Shown: positions 51,381-64,000 of the stretch, piece by piece
Position numbering within the stretch: the stretch's first letter is position 1
Layout: every line of letters starts with the position of its first letter
NCBI RefSeq assembly: GCF_018977255.1
Contig: NW_024704743.1
Coordinates: 7,628,001 to 7,692,000 of the forward strand
DNA from: Callorhinchus milii
Taxonomy: Eukaryota
DNA length: 64,000 bases
Direction of reading: 5' to 3'
Translations under genes and position numbers: made by a program
Notes under the pieces: model-generated
Seen by the model: only the letters and a program-made list of their open reading frames with translations
The model's database searches: none
What the model was told of the DNA's origin: nothing

Positions 51381-53054
51381 GGCTGAACCCAAATACAGTG
51401 GCTTATTTTGTGTGATGTTTATGACCTTTTTACCAGGAATGATGAGAGTTTTAACCTTTTACAAAGCTGCATTGATAGCAATTTCGTGCAGGCAAAGCAA
51501 ACACTTTCATTGTGGAATTGTGCTTTACAATCTATCTGTTTGAGGCTTGGCCTTTGATCTCTTATCTTCCCCATTTGTTGATGAAGTAGCCTGAGAGTTA
51601 GTTAACTGATGAAACTCAGTGTCATTTTGTAGGTGTGTGTGCTTAAGGTTAAGCAGGAATTCATGCCTCTGGTGAAATTTACACTTAGATATCCGAGAGA
51701 CATTTTTGGGACAAATATCACCTTTTTTGTTTCAAAGCTTTATAAACAAAAGGTTTGTGTTGAGCTTGAGGTTAATTTGTATCCACCACATCCTTGAATC
51801 GCTTGAACAAATAATGCTGAATGTCACGTGATGTTATACGTACAGTGAAATTTGCGATACTATTACAATGTAATGCAATAGCAATGTGATCATTAGGAAG
51901 AAATCACTTTGAGGGAAACTGGCCAAACTACATTCTGTTCCACTGTACACTTTTTTTTAAGTCAGACGGATGTTTTAATACATGGGGAAACCCATCACCA
52001 TGCTTAAGAGTATCCAAACCAGACTGAGTTCTGCATGTGAATGCCACTGGCACCAGGAAATCTTCCTGTTTCTGGAATGGAATGTGCACCCTCTCATCAT
52101 AGGCATGCATACTGCATAACCTTATTCTGCAAAGTATTAGACGCAGGTTGTTGAGAGAGAAGTTTTGGGGACCCCAGAGTGTGCAAGTTTAACCAGCTAA
52201 AACTGTTTAGCTTGCCATTGAGAGCACTGGCTGGCAAGTTTCCTGCTGCTTGTCCAGCTAGGATCAACCAACTCATTACGGCTTTGGCTTGCAGGTTTAA
52301 CAGCAGCCGAGAAGAAAGATTATGTACTCATTTTTTTTAAAAATTAAGAGAATTGGTAACTTTTGGTTAGTTATTACCCTCTAATATGGTTGATTGTTTT
52401 TCTTTCCATGTTATGTGCAGAAAGGGTTTATCTAACTGGATCATTGATGAGGTTTAATTCATGAAAATTGAACAAGAGGTGAGAAGCTTCCTACAGCTTA
52501 AACTGAACAACTCAAATTTTAAAAAAACTTTGTTATAGTGCTATATCCCATCAACTGGTGCAAGTCTTTCACAGAGATAATTTGTTTCATCCCACTATTA
52601 TTAATAATAATAATCCTTGCATTTGATATAGCACTTTATCACATTGTTGGAGACGTCTCAAAGCGCTTCACAGAATATATTGTAAAATTGGTTGATTGAT
52701 TGACTGTTGTGTGCTCTGACTCCGCGTAGCAGAAGAGGTGAATGATTAGTGCTGCTGGACTGTGATACGGATCTTGTGTAACAAGACATCTTGGTTGCAA
52801 TGGGTTGCATTAATTAATACATCCGGAAATGATTGCACACATTATATAAAGTACTGTGAAAATACTTGCGTTGTTACAAAGACGCCTCCTGTTATTAAGC
52901 ACCAGCCTGCAGTGGGAAGGGCAGGAGCCAAAGGGCAGGAGCCTGTGAACTAACAAAGCTTTCTGTGCTTTTTTCCCGCTTTCCTCTTGGCTTGTGCGCA
53001 TGTAGCCTTTCACTTGCTACTTTCAGCAGTGCCTCATTGCACTCTTGGGATATT

Positions 53055-53475
53055 GGAGGATCACTTTTCCGGGGGTAATGATCTCTTTTTAAAAAAATAA
53101 TAGTAATTTGGTCACTCAATCCCGATTGTTTGTGGGACACTGCTGTGGGCAATAGACTTCCGCGTTTCGCCCACAAAGTATACAGTCAATTCACTTTACA
53201 GTATATTCTGTGAAGCACTTTGAGACGTGAAAAGGCGCCATATCAAATACAAGGATTATTGTTATATTTTGTGGGCGAAACGCGGTAGCCAATTGCACTC
53301 AGCAATGTCCTACAAACAGTTGTGGATTGAGTGCCCAAATTGTATTTTTAGGGTTATCTCCTATACTTGCTTACAAAACACACAGTCATTTCACTTTACT
53401 GCATATCCTGAGAGATGTTTTGAGAAGTCCTCATGACATAAAGAACACAATATCAAATGTATGGATTATTATTTT
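53055..53475. mobile_element. Cluster of SINE fragments in both orientations
   Basis: Plus-strand 3' half 53055-53260, minus-strand piece ~53263-53340, plus-strand tail ~53370-53475. Confidence 0.8.
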
Positions 53476-56400
53476 TTCCTCCCCATCACCACCATCACCA
53501 GTGATCTACAGCAAAAATCACCAGCCATGACCTTCTGTAACACACAGCTTGTAAATGAGCCAAGCAAAATGAGGCTTCAGGAATATTAAACGTCAAGCTG
53601 AGGAATGTCTGAGTTGGTCCTGCATGTAACACTAACGTTGATAACCAGAGAGCAAATGGCCTGTCAATGCTATTATTACACACAGATCCTGAAACCCCAA
53701 AAATATTTTACATTAAAAGGATGAGGTAAGTTGGCTCAATGTCAATTGCCCTATGAGAAATCAACAAAATAGTAGACAGCGAGGCCAATTCTAAGGCTCC
53801 AACTGAAAATCACTCAGTTCAGCTCAGAAATCAATCCTTTTTCCACTGTGTAAATGTGACTAGTGTAAGAGCTCCCTCCAGCATTCTGTGGTACCTGTTT
53901 TGCTTTCAGGATTTATCCAACGATAAAAGGGCAGCCAGTCTCCACGTTAATAAAATGATGGTCCAGTTCGACATTCAGCCAGGCGTTAAATAACTTCAAT
54001 GGCCCTTAACTATACAACACGATACACTAAATAATAATGCTTTATTTGATATAGCATCTTATCATGTCTCAAAGTTCTTCCATGGAACTAAGCGCTGTGG
54101 GACGTTCTCTGATGTGAAGGGCGCTACATAAGTGTTATAAATTGCACTTTAAGGAGTAGTGAGTTGAATTCTCTACCTCTGCTGTGTTGCTGGGGGAGAC
54201 ACTGAGCAGCAGTTGACTCCCCTCCTCCCACACACACCCCCCACCCGACACGCACATGTACACCCACACACACACCCACACATAGCGGTTACCAGACTCT
54301 CACCTCAACTCAATGGCTAGTGATAGTGTGACACAAGAAAGTGGTTATTATTCTATGTCCCAGCAAAGTATTTTTTGGGGTAAATAGGGGTTGCATTTCA
54401 CAGAATTCGGGTGGACGTGCCGTAGAATGTTTTGCAATAGTTATCGTGGTCTTTATCACATGTAAGTGTGCGTGTGCTCCTATTTTAGATATGGTTTTGA
54501 TGGCTTTGGGTTTGATATTGATGGCTTTTTGCAGTGAAAACAGTTGGTTCTGCCTTTTTTCTTCTGTTGACACGTCAGCACTTTGGGGCAGGGACTGGAG
54601 GTGTTCCCATAGTTACTTATAGCACTTGTTACTTGACAGCAAAATGTCTTCAAACCTCTGAGAAGAAGGTGTTGATTAGTTTTATCTCGCTTGTGGAATA
54701 AATAACTTGTTTGGTCTTGCATTGTTCTAGGTCACGTACCTTTGTTTAAAACCAAAGAGCTAATATTTTTTCTCTCTTGGGCTTTTTTAAAAAATGCCCT
54801 CTGAGAACCGGAGCATTAAAGTGTTAATTTTAGGGATTTGTTTTATACAGAACCACTTTGTGTTCCAGCTTCAGTTGCTGTTTTGCATGGAGACATGTTA
54901 AAAGGATAGTTGCATTGTATTCACTGTTTGGAAAGAATCGGGAGGTGGGGAGAGAGAAGAGAAAGATGATTGTCCACATAAGTAATTTGAAGGTTTGGAC
55001 CAAATCCAGATGAAATGCAAAATGCTGGTAAATGATGCAGAAACATATGGATGGATTTAAACTCAAATGTAAAACATCTTGAACCTTTTCATTCTCTGCT
55101 GTTTAAGTGATAATGTGTGCCTTGGAATATATACACACAGGAAGGTCTGTCAGCCTTACAACAACTCATGTACTTCCTATTGCTTTATGTAAAACTGTTG
55201 CATTCTAGTTGTAAAATAGTTTTTATTTTGCCATTGAAACAGCCCTAGAGATATTAAGTGTGATTAAACTACTGTACCACTTAAACTGTGGTCCATCACA
55301 TGACTACATTTGACATTGCTGCAAACATACCCACAAAACTTAGTCCTATCGGCCTTGATCATTTACTCACTTGTATGATTGCTTTCGCATTCAATGGATT
55401 GAACGCGCATAGCCTCTCTCTTTTTCTCTCTCTTTCTCTCTGTCTCTGTCCCTCTCTCTCACTCCCTCTGTCAGATATTGCTGGTGTTTTCCAAAACTGT
55501 ATGGAGCAAATTGTATCAATTGTATTCAACAAATTGTATTTTATTATCAGTGTATAAATATATGGTTAACTTCTCTTGTTCCTACTTTGTGTTTCTACTG
55601 CCACCTCTAGTCCGAGAACTAAGGATGCAGGCAGATAGAATAATAGTCCTGTGGAGAAACTGATCAGTATTGATGTAATGGGACAAGGTACTTAACAGTA
55701 CTATCCTAAAGTGCCTTCCCTCTCTTTCCTCTGATTCACAGGTGTAGCATTCTATTGAATACAAAGGTCGAATTGCCTAAGAATTCCCTGTGGCTGTAGA
55801 TTACTGATCCCCAATGTCAAGCTATGAGGTTTTAGCTGGTTAGACTCCTGTAGTACCCCAATGCACACTCTAGGGTCCCTATGCCTTGGCTTAATGCTTT
55901 CTAGAATTACGTAAGTAGGATGCGTCCATGTGTAGGTGGAATTCTCAGTTTGGTTTGGATACTGTTAAGCATGGTGATGGGTTTCCGCATGAGTCCGATA
56001 CTGGCTAACCCCAAAATAGTTCTGACTGTTATAGCATTGCGTGTTTTACTGCTTGCTTATATTACATCTCCAGTGGCTGAGGTTAGTGCAAAAGTGAAGG
56101 TGATTACACCTTCAGTAGTTTGGGGGATTGGTGTGAAAGCACAGACCCTTAACAATCATGTGCCACTTTCAACACCGGTGCTCCATTGAATCTGCAACCG
56201 TCCTAGTTCCATGTAGGATTCACATTCCACCCATACTCTGGCTCTTGCAAGGAATCACATGCATGGCAATAAATTGACATGGTCACGGACTCCACGTAAC
56301 TTTCCACTGGTAGCATGTTTTTAGGAGGCAGAATTCACACCCAGCACAACACAAGGTGGTGAAGACCTCTGACAGTAAGTGCCAGGGCTGGTAGGCTTGT

Positions 56401-58829
56401 TGTCAATGGCAAAAAAAGTAATTGCTAGTTCCAATTGCTTGACACAGTGCCTTATCATGTCTTCGAGATGTCTGAAAAAGTTTCATAGAATATACCGTAA
56501 AGTGAATTGACTGTATATTTTGTGGGTGAAATTTATGAGATTTAACGTCTCATCCGCTGGACCAGCACATTATCTGCAGTTTTAAATGGGGGTGGGAAGA
56601 GGTAAGCAAGGCCTCTTTGGAGTTGGAGTTGAACTGGCAAGCTGTGCGGTTTTACTTGGTTAGACACCAGCAGTAACCCCAATGCATACTCTGGGTTCCC
56701 CAAGCCTTGGCTCTTGCCAACCTGCGCCTAATATTTCCCAGAATTAGTTGAGCAAGATGAGTCCTTCCAGGGAGAGAGAGCGTATTCCATTCCAACAATC
56801 TATCTCTGGGATTTCCATGTGTGCGTGGGATGCATGGAATTCTCAGTTTGGTTTGGATACTCTTAAGCACGGTGATGGGTTTCCACATGTGTCAGACACC
56901 CGGCTGACCAAACAACATGACAATTGTCAGGAATAGGCCTTGTCCTTCACAATCAATGTGAAGAAACCTTCTGTTTCATTCTTTATGAAACTTAAAATGG
57001 TTGAACTTATGAACGAGTATTACTTTCTATTCAATAAAAAAAGAGTTGAGTTATTTTTTTTAGCCGCCTTATAAATTTTCCCTCAAGTATTTATTTTGCC
57101 TGAATCTTGGCCTCCTGAATCAGATTTCATCGAGAGTGGTGGCGCTTGGAGTGTTACATCACCTGGCTTAACAATACGAATGGAATATTAGTCATTGAAA
57201 AATACTTCTTGGTTTTCACTAAACTTGGCAATCAATGTGCCCGTGATCCTCTTGGGTTTCCTTCAGCCACAAACTGACTTGGAGGGCAATCGACATTGGA
57301 CCATATGTACTGTATGTAAAAATGCTGTGCCTGAAATACTGTTACCTGAATAATAAACCTCAAACAGAATGCAGTGATTTCTTGCCAGAATGTCTCTATC
57401 TTTCCTCACACAAACCCTGTGCAAAAACTACATTTTACCTTGCAGCAACATTACAGGGATGTTTGTTTAGGAATTTGCAAAAATGTTAATGGGCTGTGCT
57501 TAGATTTCACTACTATGTATAGGTTGGTTTTACTTCTGTGTCTTTTACTTATAGAATGAAATCATGAAATTTTTTAGCAATATGTTTTTGGAGGAGGGGC
57601 GCGGGGGTAGAGGGAGATGGAGTTAGTTGCTTTCATTTCTACTTTATGCTTATGCATATTTTTCTCTTCTTCCAGCTGCAGCTGTTGAAATGTCCCAGGG
57701 AATAATAGATCTGCCAAAATTCATTCCTGGTGTTACTTTTCATTCAGGGCTGTTGAATTAACTTTTCCCCAGTGTAGAGCATTTTCACCTGAGAATTTAT
57801 TCTGTTTGGATAATAATGCCACAGAAATTAAATGGAAAATGAAGGGAGTATACTTTTGATCTCCTTAATGGCTAGTATTTAACCAAATGCTCATTGTTCC
57901 CTGGCAGGGTATACAAGACTCTAGACCAAAAACTATCCTCCTGGGTAATCATGAAGCTTACACTGTTTTCCTAATCTGGTAAGTTAAAAGTTTTATATAC
58001 TACAATTTAGTGTTGACTCAGTGCACTGCTTACGATGTTTGGTTCCCATTTATCAGTTTTATCCTAATTGTATTAACATGGAGAAACCTTATTAATTTTT
58101 TTTATAGTAGGTATTGATTTGCTGGAGGAATTGATGAAAATGAGACACTCTGAAATAAGCCATTCAGCATCTTAAATGCTTATTTTTTTGGTCTTAAGAT
58201 CCGTTGCTGAACGTTGGTTGCACTGTCCCTCCCAGCAGCTGGTCAGAGCTGATTCACTTTCCATGGTGTTTTTCTGTGAATGGATATGAAAACCAGAAAC
58301 TTGTGCAATGCTGAGACCAGCAAAAAAAAATCTGCTGCCTGACCTCAAGAATACTTTCACCCAGTTTAACCTGAACCTGGTTTTAAAAAGAGTTGCTCAT
58401 TGAAGTACTGTATGTATAAGTGTACTTCTAAGGGGCAATTGTTACTTCTAACTGGCAATGGTTACATTCATAACCACACCACACGAGTACTGTTCGATTT
58501 AAAATGTCCAAGCCCAACCACGAGAGATTTCCTTTGATAACTAGTCCTCTGCTGTGCAGTTTTGATCTCAAATTGTTAAAACAATGGCTTTGGCATGTTG
58601 CTCCACGGCAGTTTCCTGAACGATAATTGTGCACATTCACTCACAAAACACAGACTATCTCATTCCACTTCATAATGTATCCTGTGAGGTGCTTTGGGAT
58701 GTCCTCCTGACGTGAAAATCCCAATACCAAATGCAAAGATTATTAGTTGATCCACCTTCACTGTTGATTCAGTGCCTTTTTTTGTGCTAAATCAACATTG
58801 AAAGTTGAGTATAACTCCGTGGTTCAGGA

Positions 58830-59033
58830 CAGGGCTGTCCAACCTTTTGGCTGCTCAGGGCCGGATGCCCTATTGGGGAAACGTCCGCTGGCTGCATAAG
58901 CAGTATTTTTGTATTTCCCTTCCAGAAACATAACAACATTTACAAATTATTGAGGGACTGGCTGGACCAGACAAAATGGAGGTGGTCAGAGAGTGGGAGG
59001 GGGATGAAATTGGCTGCCAGTTGGACCACCCTG
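58830..59033. mobile_element. hAT (Charlie/MER30-like) MITE
   Basis: TIRs CAGGGCTGTCCAAC / GTTGGACCACCCTG; flanking 8-mers GTTCAGGA / GCTGAGGA (6 of 8 match) fit an eroded 8-bp TSD. Confidence 0.7.
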
Positions 59034-59999
59034 GCTGAGGAGCATTGATGTGATTTCCAGTCAAATCTAGTAACCATCTCAGGAATTGATTTGTTGGCAT
59101 AGCTTCATTATTCTGGCTCACATTGCAGCTGGACTCCAAAGTATTTTTAAACTGCACTTAACCTTTTTAATATTAAAGACCTACGAGAGTGGATGGGTTC
59201 CTTAATGTTGAAAGAACTAACCTTTTGATTCAGCGCTTGTTAGTTGAGCTCTGTGCTGAATGTGCTGTGTTATCAATATGATTCAGATTGGAAATTGGAA
59301 TCTGACTTCCTTCTCCAGATCATTACTCTGCTTGAAGCCATCGTGGTGTAAAAAGAAACTAAATCATTCTTAAATCATCTGCACAATAAGCATTTTATCA
59401 GTACTAGCAAACACTGACTACTATTGTTCATTGCAGAAATGGATTCTCACAACTGCTGTGGCACAGATTAATCCTTGTGAGCAGTTGCATCGCAATCATT
59501 CATTGCCAATCAAAGCAAATTTAAACCGATCTGAATAATTTCATTGATTATATCGCTGCAAGTGTAACTTTCTGGACAGATATACCGATGAGAAATCTAT
59601 AACACAATAGAAGATCATTCGAACTATAGTATTAGTGTTGGTGTTCACCATTTATTCCCAATTCCGTGCTCTTTCCTCTTAATCTCTCATGCCCTTCCTA
59701 TGTTTCCTTTTAACATGCACTAGTTAGGTATTCTAAGACGTATTCCACTGCAGTAGAATAATTGCTTTTTGATACCTTGGGATGAACAATTTGTGACTGA
59801 TATACATATAAGTCTTTTATTAGCTTGGCAGCACCTTCATGTATGACTGAATGATAGTTTAATCACCATGTGCTCCTCACGCAAGTGTATTTTTAGCTCA
59901 TTTGCAAGCTCTGAATTCCAGTTTTGAACTGTTCCTTATGATTTTTGTTCCTGTTTTCAACAAAAGTATTTAGTAGTTAGAAACCAAGGGGAAAATCCT

Positions 60000-60175
60000 G
60001 CAAAGTACTTGAAGACATCTCAACAATGTGATAAATCATTGCATCAAATGCAAGGATTGTAATAATCATAATAATCCTTGTATTTGATATAACGCCTTAT
60101 CACATCATTGAGAACATCTCAAAGCGCTTTACAGAATATACTATAAAGTGAATTGATTGTATTTTGTTGTGTGAA
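60000..60175. mobile_element. Two SINE 3' ends joined tail-to-tail
   Basis: ...CAAATGCAAGGATTG TAATAATCATAAT AATCCTTGTATTTG... Confidence 0.8.
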
Positions 60176-61199
60176 CAAAATTCATTATAGAATGTATCAT
60201 TGAGGGAGATTCGGTTGATGTCTACTACCATTTTCTGTATTTTCGTTCTTTTCCTTTTAACTGAAGGAAAATTGAGAATTTAAATATTTGGAAAATGACA
60301 ATTTAACAGTTTCCAAATTTGGTTTATGATTATGAATTACCATCAAGCTGGAACTTCAGTACTTTAGAAACCTGTCAGCATGTAATTTGTAGGTCCACCT
60401 GTTGTGTACAAGAAATGCCCTGGATTGATGGTAAGCAGCCAAACAGAGTTGAGACGTAGATATTTCATTGCAAACAGGCCCTCTGAATTTAGGGTTAAAC
60501 CCAAGAGTTACCCTTCTCTTTTTCCTTTTTTCCCCCGAATGATACATTCCAAACTCCAGATTTAACTAAATTCCAGTATTGCCAACCTCTCCTTCTGTGG
60601 CTTTTCTGTTGACGAGGTTTGCTTGTATCAAAACACGTCAGAATGTACAAAGTGTACAGGAATAGTGAAAGCTGAGAACTGTGTTTTGTATGGAGACAAG
60701 AAACTGAAGGCAAAATGTTCTCCATTTACGTTCACAGAATTGTATAACCAACCTGTGGTTAGGATGCTTCAGACTCACTTCCAGATGGACAATGGGTAGA
60801 GAGTATTTAAGCCTATTTATATTTCTGGTTTCCATTTCTTAAAAAGTCACAACCTTAGTATGTTATTGAATATGAATTAAGTTTATTTTCCTTTCTAGTC
60901 AGTGCTCAAAGCCATGAATCCTAAATGAAAGAGCAGATTTGATGTAATTATCCAAATGTAACATAAAATCTGCAAGACCCAAAATGAGGGAAAAGAATAA
61001 CTCTGCCCTTCATGTATGTGTTTTATTTATGTGTATATATATACACGCACACATAAATAAAGCTAAGCCCTAAGGAGGCATTGTAGACTTCACTAGATTC
61101 TGATCACTCTGTAGGTTATAAGTTATAACGTGGTTTGGGTTTCCAATTTAATATATAATATCTAGGTATTATTTTAGTAGGAAATTCTTTCTTTCCAGT

Positions 61200-61500
61200 T
61201 GATGCCTTACGGCTGTGGGGAAATTGGAATTAAAAGATATGCGATGATCTAAAATTGGTGGAACAGGTTCCGTGGGCTGAACGATCTCCTGTGCCTTAAG
61301 CCCACTGTATGATTTATAGAGGCAAAGTCCATTGTGGGTTTCATAGAAGGAAGTAGGTTTTTGAAAGTTACAACCTTGAAGAGTATGGAGAGATGAGGCA
61401 GAACAGTGAGAATAAAAGAACAGCTCGCTTTGAGAGCTGGTCCAGACTTGATGGGCTGAAAGACCTCCTTCTGCTCTGTAATTGTCTTATGATTCTACAG
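61200..61500 (+). mobile_element. CR1 3' UTR relics (two pieces)
   Basis: GGAACAGGTTCCGTGGGCTGAACG and GATGGGCTGAAAGACCTCCTTCTGCTCTGTAA. Confidence 0.6.
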
Positions 61501-64000
61501 AATTTTCAGGTAATACAGTAACTTGTTTGGTGCATTTGAATGCTTCACTTTACCATTCAAAACACCATAATACAGCTTCATTTACCATACTCAATCCCAG
61601 AATAAATACAGCAAATCATAAAATGGATTCTGAAAAGCTTTGAGATCTCAACATAAAATCTTTTATGGGATGTTTTACAAAGTGTGGCTTCAACATGGGC
61701 TTAATGAGAAATGCTTGTTTGCTGTCTTACGTTTAGATCAGCTGTCTTTCCAGCAAAGTTGGTTACCCATTTGTGCCAATCTTTTGCTTTGCTTTAGACT
61801 CACTAGATTGCCCCTACCTTGGCTGACCAAGTACATAGCTTTGGAAGTCATAAGCAGGACTCTTATGCAATGTTCTGCACTGAGTGTTTAAAAATAATTG
61901 GAGAGATGAGAAAGAATAAAGCCATGGGCTGGGACTGGAGCAACAGCTGATCTGATCCCTCCGTTCCAAGAGCTATTTATGGTAGATTAGCTGGTATCAA
62001 AGCTCACTGTTCAGTCCATAAAAGGAAGGACCTACGTGTAGTTGTCACACTGCAATTGGCCCCGAGGCCTCAGGTTAAAATGAGACTATAGTTCTATCTG
62101 AGGAGTTGCCTGTTTAAAGAGTGTTTGTAGGACTGATGGGCAGTTGGATAGAAACTCGTGTGTAGCTACAGCAGTACAGTTCTTCGGCATAGTAACTGGT
62201 TTAAAAAATCTAGCATCTATTGCATTTGGAAATACCGATTTTAAAAGGATTTTTTTTTCCGCGTCTCGATACAATTCCATTGGAAACAGCAGGGAGTTAT
62301 CTTGCTTTCAGGTCCAGATTCCATGTTTCGCTGCAGTGCCTGTCTATTGCAGTATTGGCAGTCGGTGTGATCAACTACGTGGGTTCTTGCATCTCCAAGT
62401 TCCACCTTTTAAACTCCCCGAAAGTCTCCAGCTGAATTATGAAGCTTTTGTAGAAGTGATTGTGGAGATACTTAAAACGAGTTTCACATAGGCTGAAGGC
62501 AGGGGAAAAAAAACAGAGGGTGAAAGTTGGTGCCAACTGACTTGAATACATTCGCAAAGTCACGATTAAGAACTGAACCGAGAGCTTGAAAAGAAAACCT
62601 AGTCGCAATTGATGTAAGTAGGATGCTTTCCCCTAGCAAGTATTAAGGACATTTTAACAGCTGTTTCATTGAGGATGTTATTTGATGCAGAAAAAAATCT
62701 GACAAGTTTGTGTTTACCAATGTGTGCATGTCAGTCATTGTTGATCATGTGGTGACTTGGTGTGCTTTATGTGCTGAAGAAAATGTCCTGTAATGCAGAG
62801 CGTTGAGACATTGAGATGGTGAAAGGGCGTGTAGTGTGTATATAACTTAATACCTTTTTTTGTTGAAAAAATTGCACTTATAATCAGGCTAAAACTTATC
62901 AACTTGAAATATTGTGACTGATCAGTTCACAGAATGGATTTTACCAACTTCGGATACAGGTAGGGTTGAATAAAGGCTTCATTTGAAATTGAACTATGTT
63001 AGATACTGGATTTACCTGGAAGGGACTGTGACTTTGTACATGAGTTCACGAGGTGTAGCATTTCAAGAAGTTAAATAGTTCATGTTGATCATTTCCAATC
63101 AAGGGCTAACTTTTATCAACAGCAAATCATATTTCACGTTGGGAATTAACCACATTCAGTGTATTAGGATTTTGAAACTATTGAATTGAAAGATTGGATT
63201 AAGTTGTTTTTTTGAAAATAAACTATGGTTTACTTTATGCCACTGAAATCTACGTACATATTAGTCATAACTGTGTACTTTAGATTTCTCTCCCCCCTCC
63301 CCCATCCCCCCCACCCCCAGCCGAAAGTCAGCCGTGCAATATAAAACGTAAACACTGGGCAAGGAGCAGCAGAGAGCTTGTGCAATTAAGGACCGCCCGG
63401 CATGTTATGGCTTTGGCTTTGGTTTGCAATGTTGAGGGCAAAGCTGCAACCTTGCCTTGGATTACTGTGGACTTGCTTGACTTTTACTGTGAACCTGCCC
63501 AGCTTTGCCAGACAAATTTCAACTGAGCACCTTCACCTCCTCTGAATTTTCCTGAGTATTGATCCGTCGTTGACTCATTTTGTATACAATATATAATTTA
63601 TTGTGTGTGTATTATAATGTATATCTAATTCAGGACAAGCGTGATTGTTAACCTCTGTGTTCCAAGGCGACAGGAGGAATCATTCAACAATTAAATGCTT
63701 CCATTAATATCAAAACGTGTTTAATTTCTAATTTCTTGGTGACGATTGGAATCGATTCAATGAGACTGAACGTGAAGGGACTTAAATAAATGACCCTCGA
63801 GTGACTTTGTGCTGTCACCTCCTTCGTTATGAAGAGTTCACCTCCAGATCCATTACTCCACATGACTTAAAAATTGGAGCAATCTCTGGCCTATCTTACC
63901 CTCAGCCCCTTGAGTTTAAACAGTACTGTATTTCCTATTATTAATAAAAAAACTATTGTTCTATAGTGCCAGGGAATCTTAACACTGAAAATATTTGTTC

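Noticed and set aside
154..62608. Remaining short ORFs (60-146 aa) in the track
   Set aside because: Mostly non-ATG starts, overlapping repeats or mirrored duplicates, with no recognisable non-transposon protein motif.

Overview
This is non-coding, repeat-rich vertebrate DNA. The repeat set (tRNA-headed SINEs with L2-type (TTA)n tails, Deu-domain SINEs, L2 and CR1 LINE relics) resembles that of cartilaginous fish, probably a chimaera; the taxon is an inference. No protein-coding gene can be supported. The main structure is two giant near-perfect inverted repeats either side of a 25-N gap (19281-19305). IR1 has arms 1-7641 and 9615-17271 around a 1.97-kb spacer holding a C-rich repeat. IR2 has arms 19306-28525 and 28868-38101 around a 342-bp spacer. 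The L2 fragment cut off at the inner end of IR1 continues in frame at the first base of the IR2 spacer, about 21 kb away, so the two palindromes appear to come from one event. Three clues favour a long-read gap-filling artefact over real palindromes: an arm ends at the gap, the arms differ by 1-bp indels, and one SINE copy looks like a blended consensus. Only raw reads can decide this. A 106-bp inverted duplication of similar design lies at 50309-50774. I found no convincing new biological system beyond these rearrangements.
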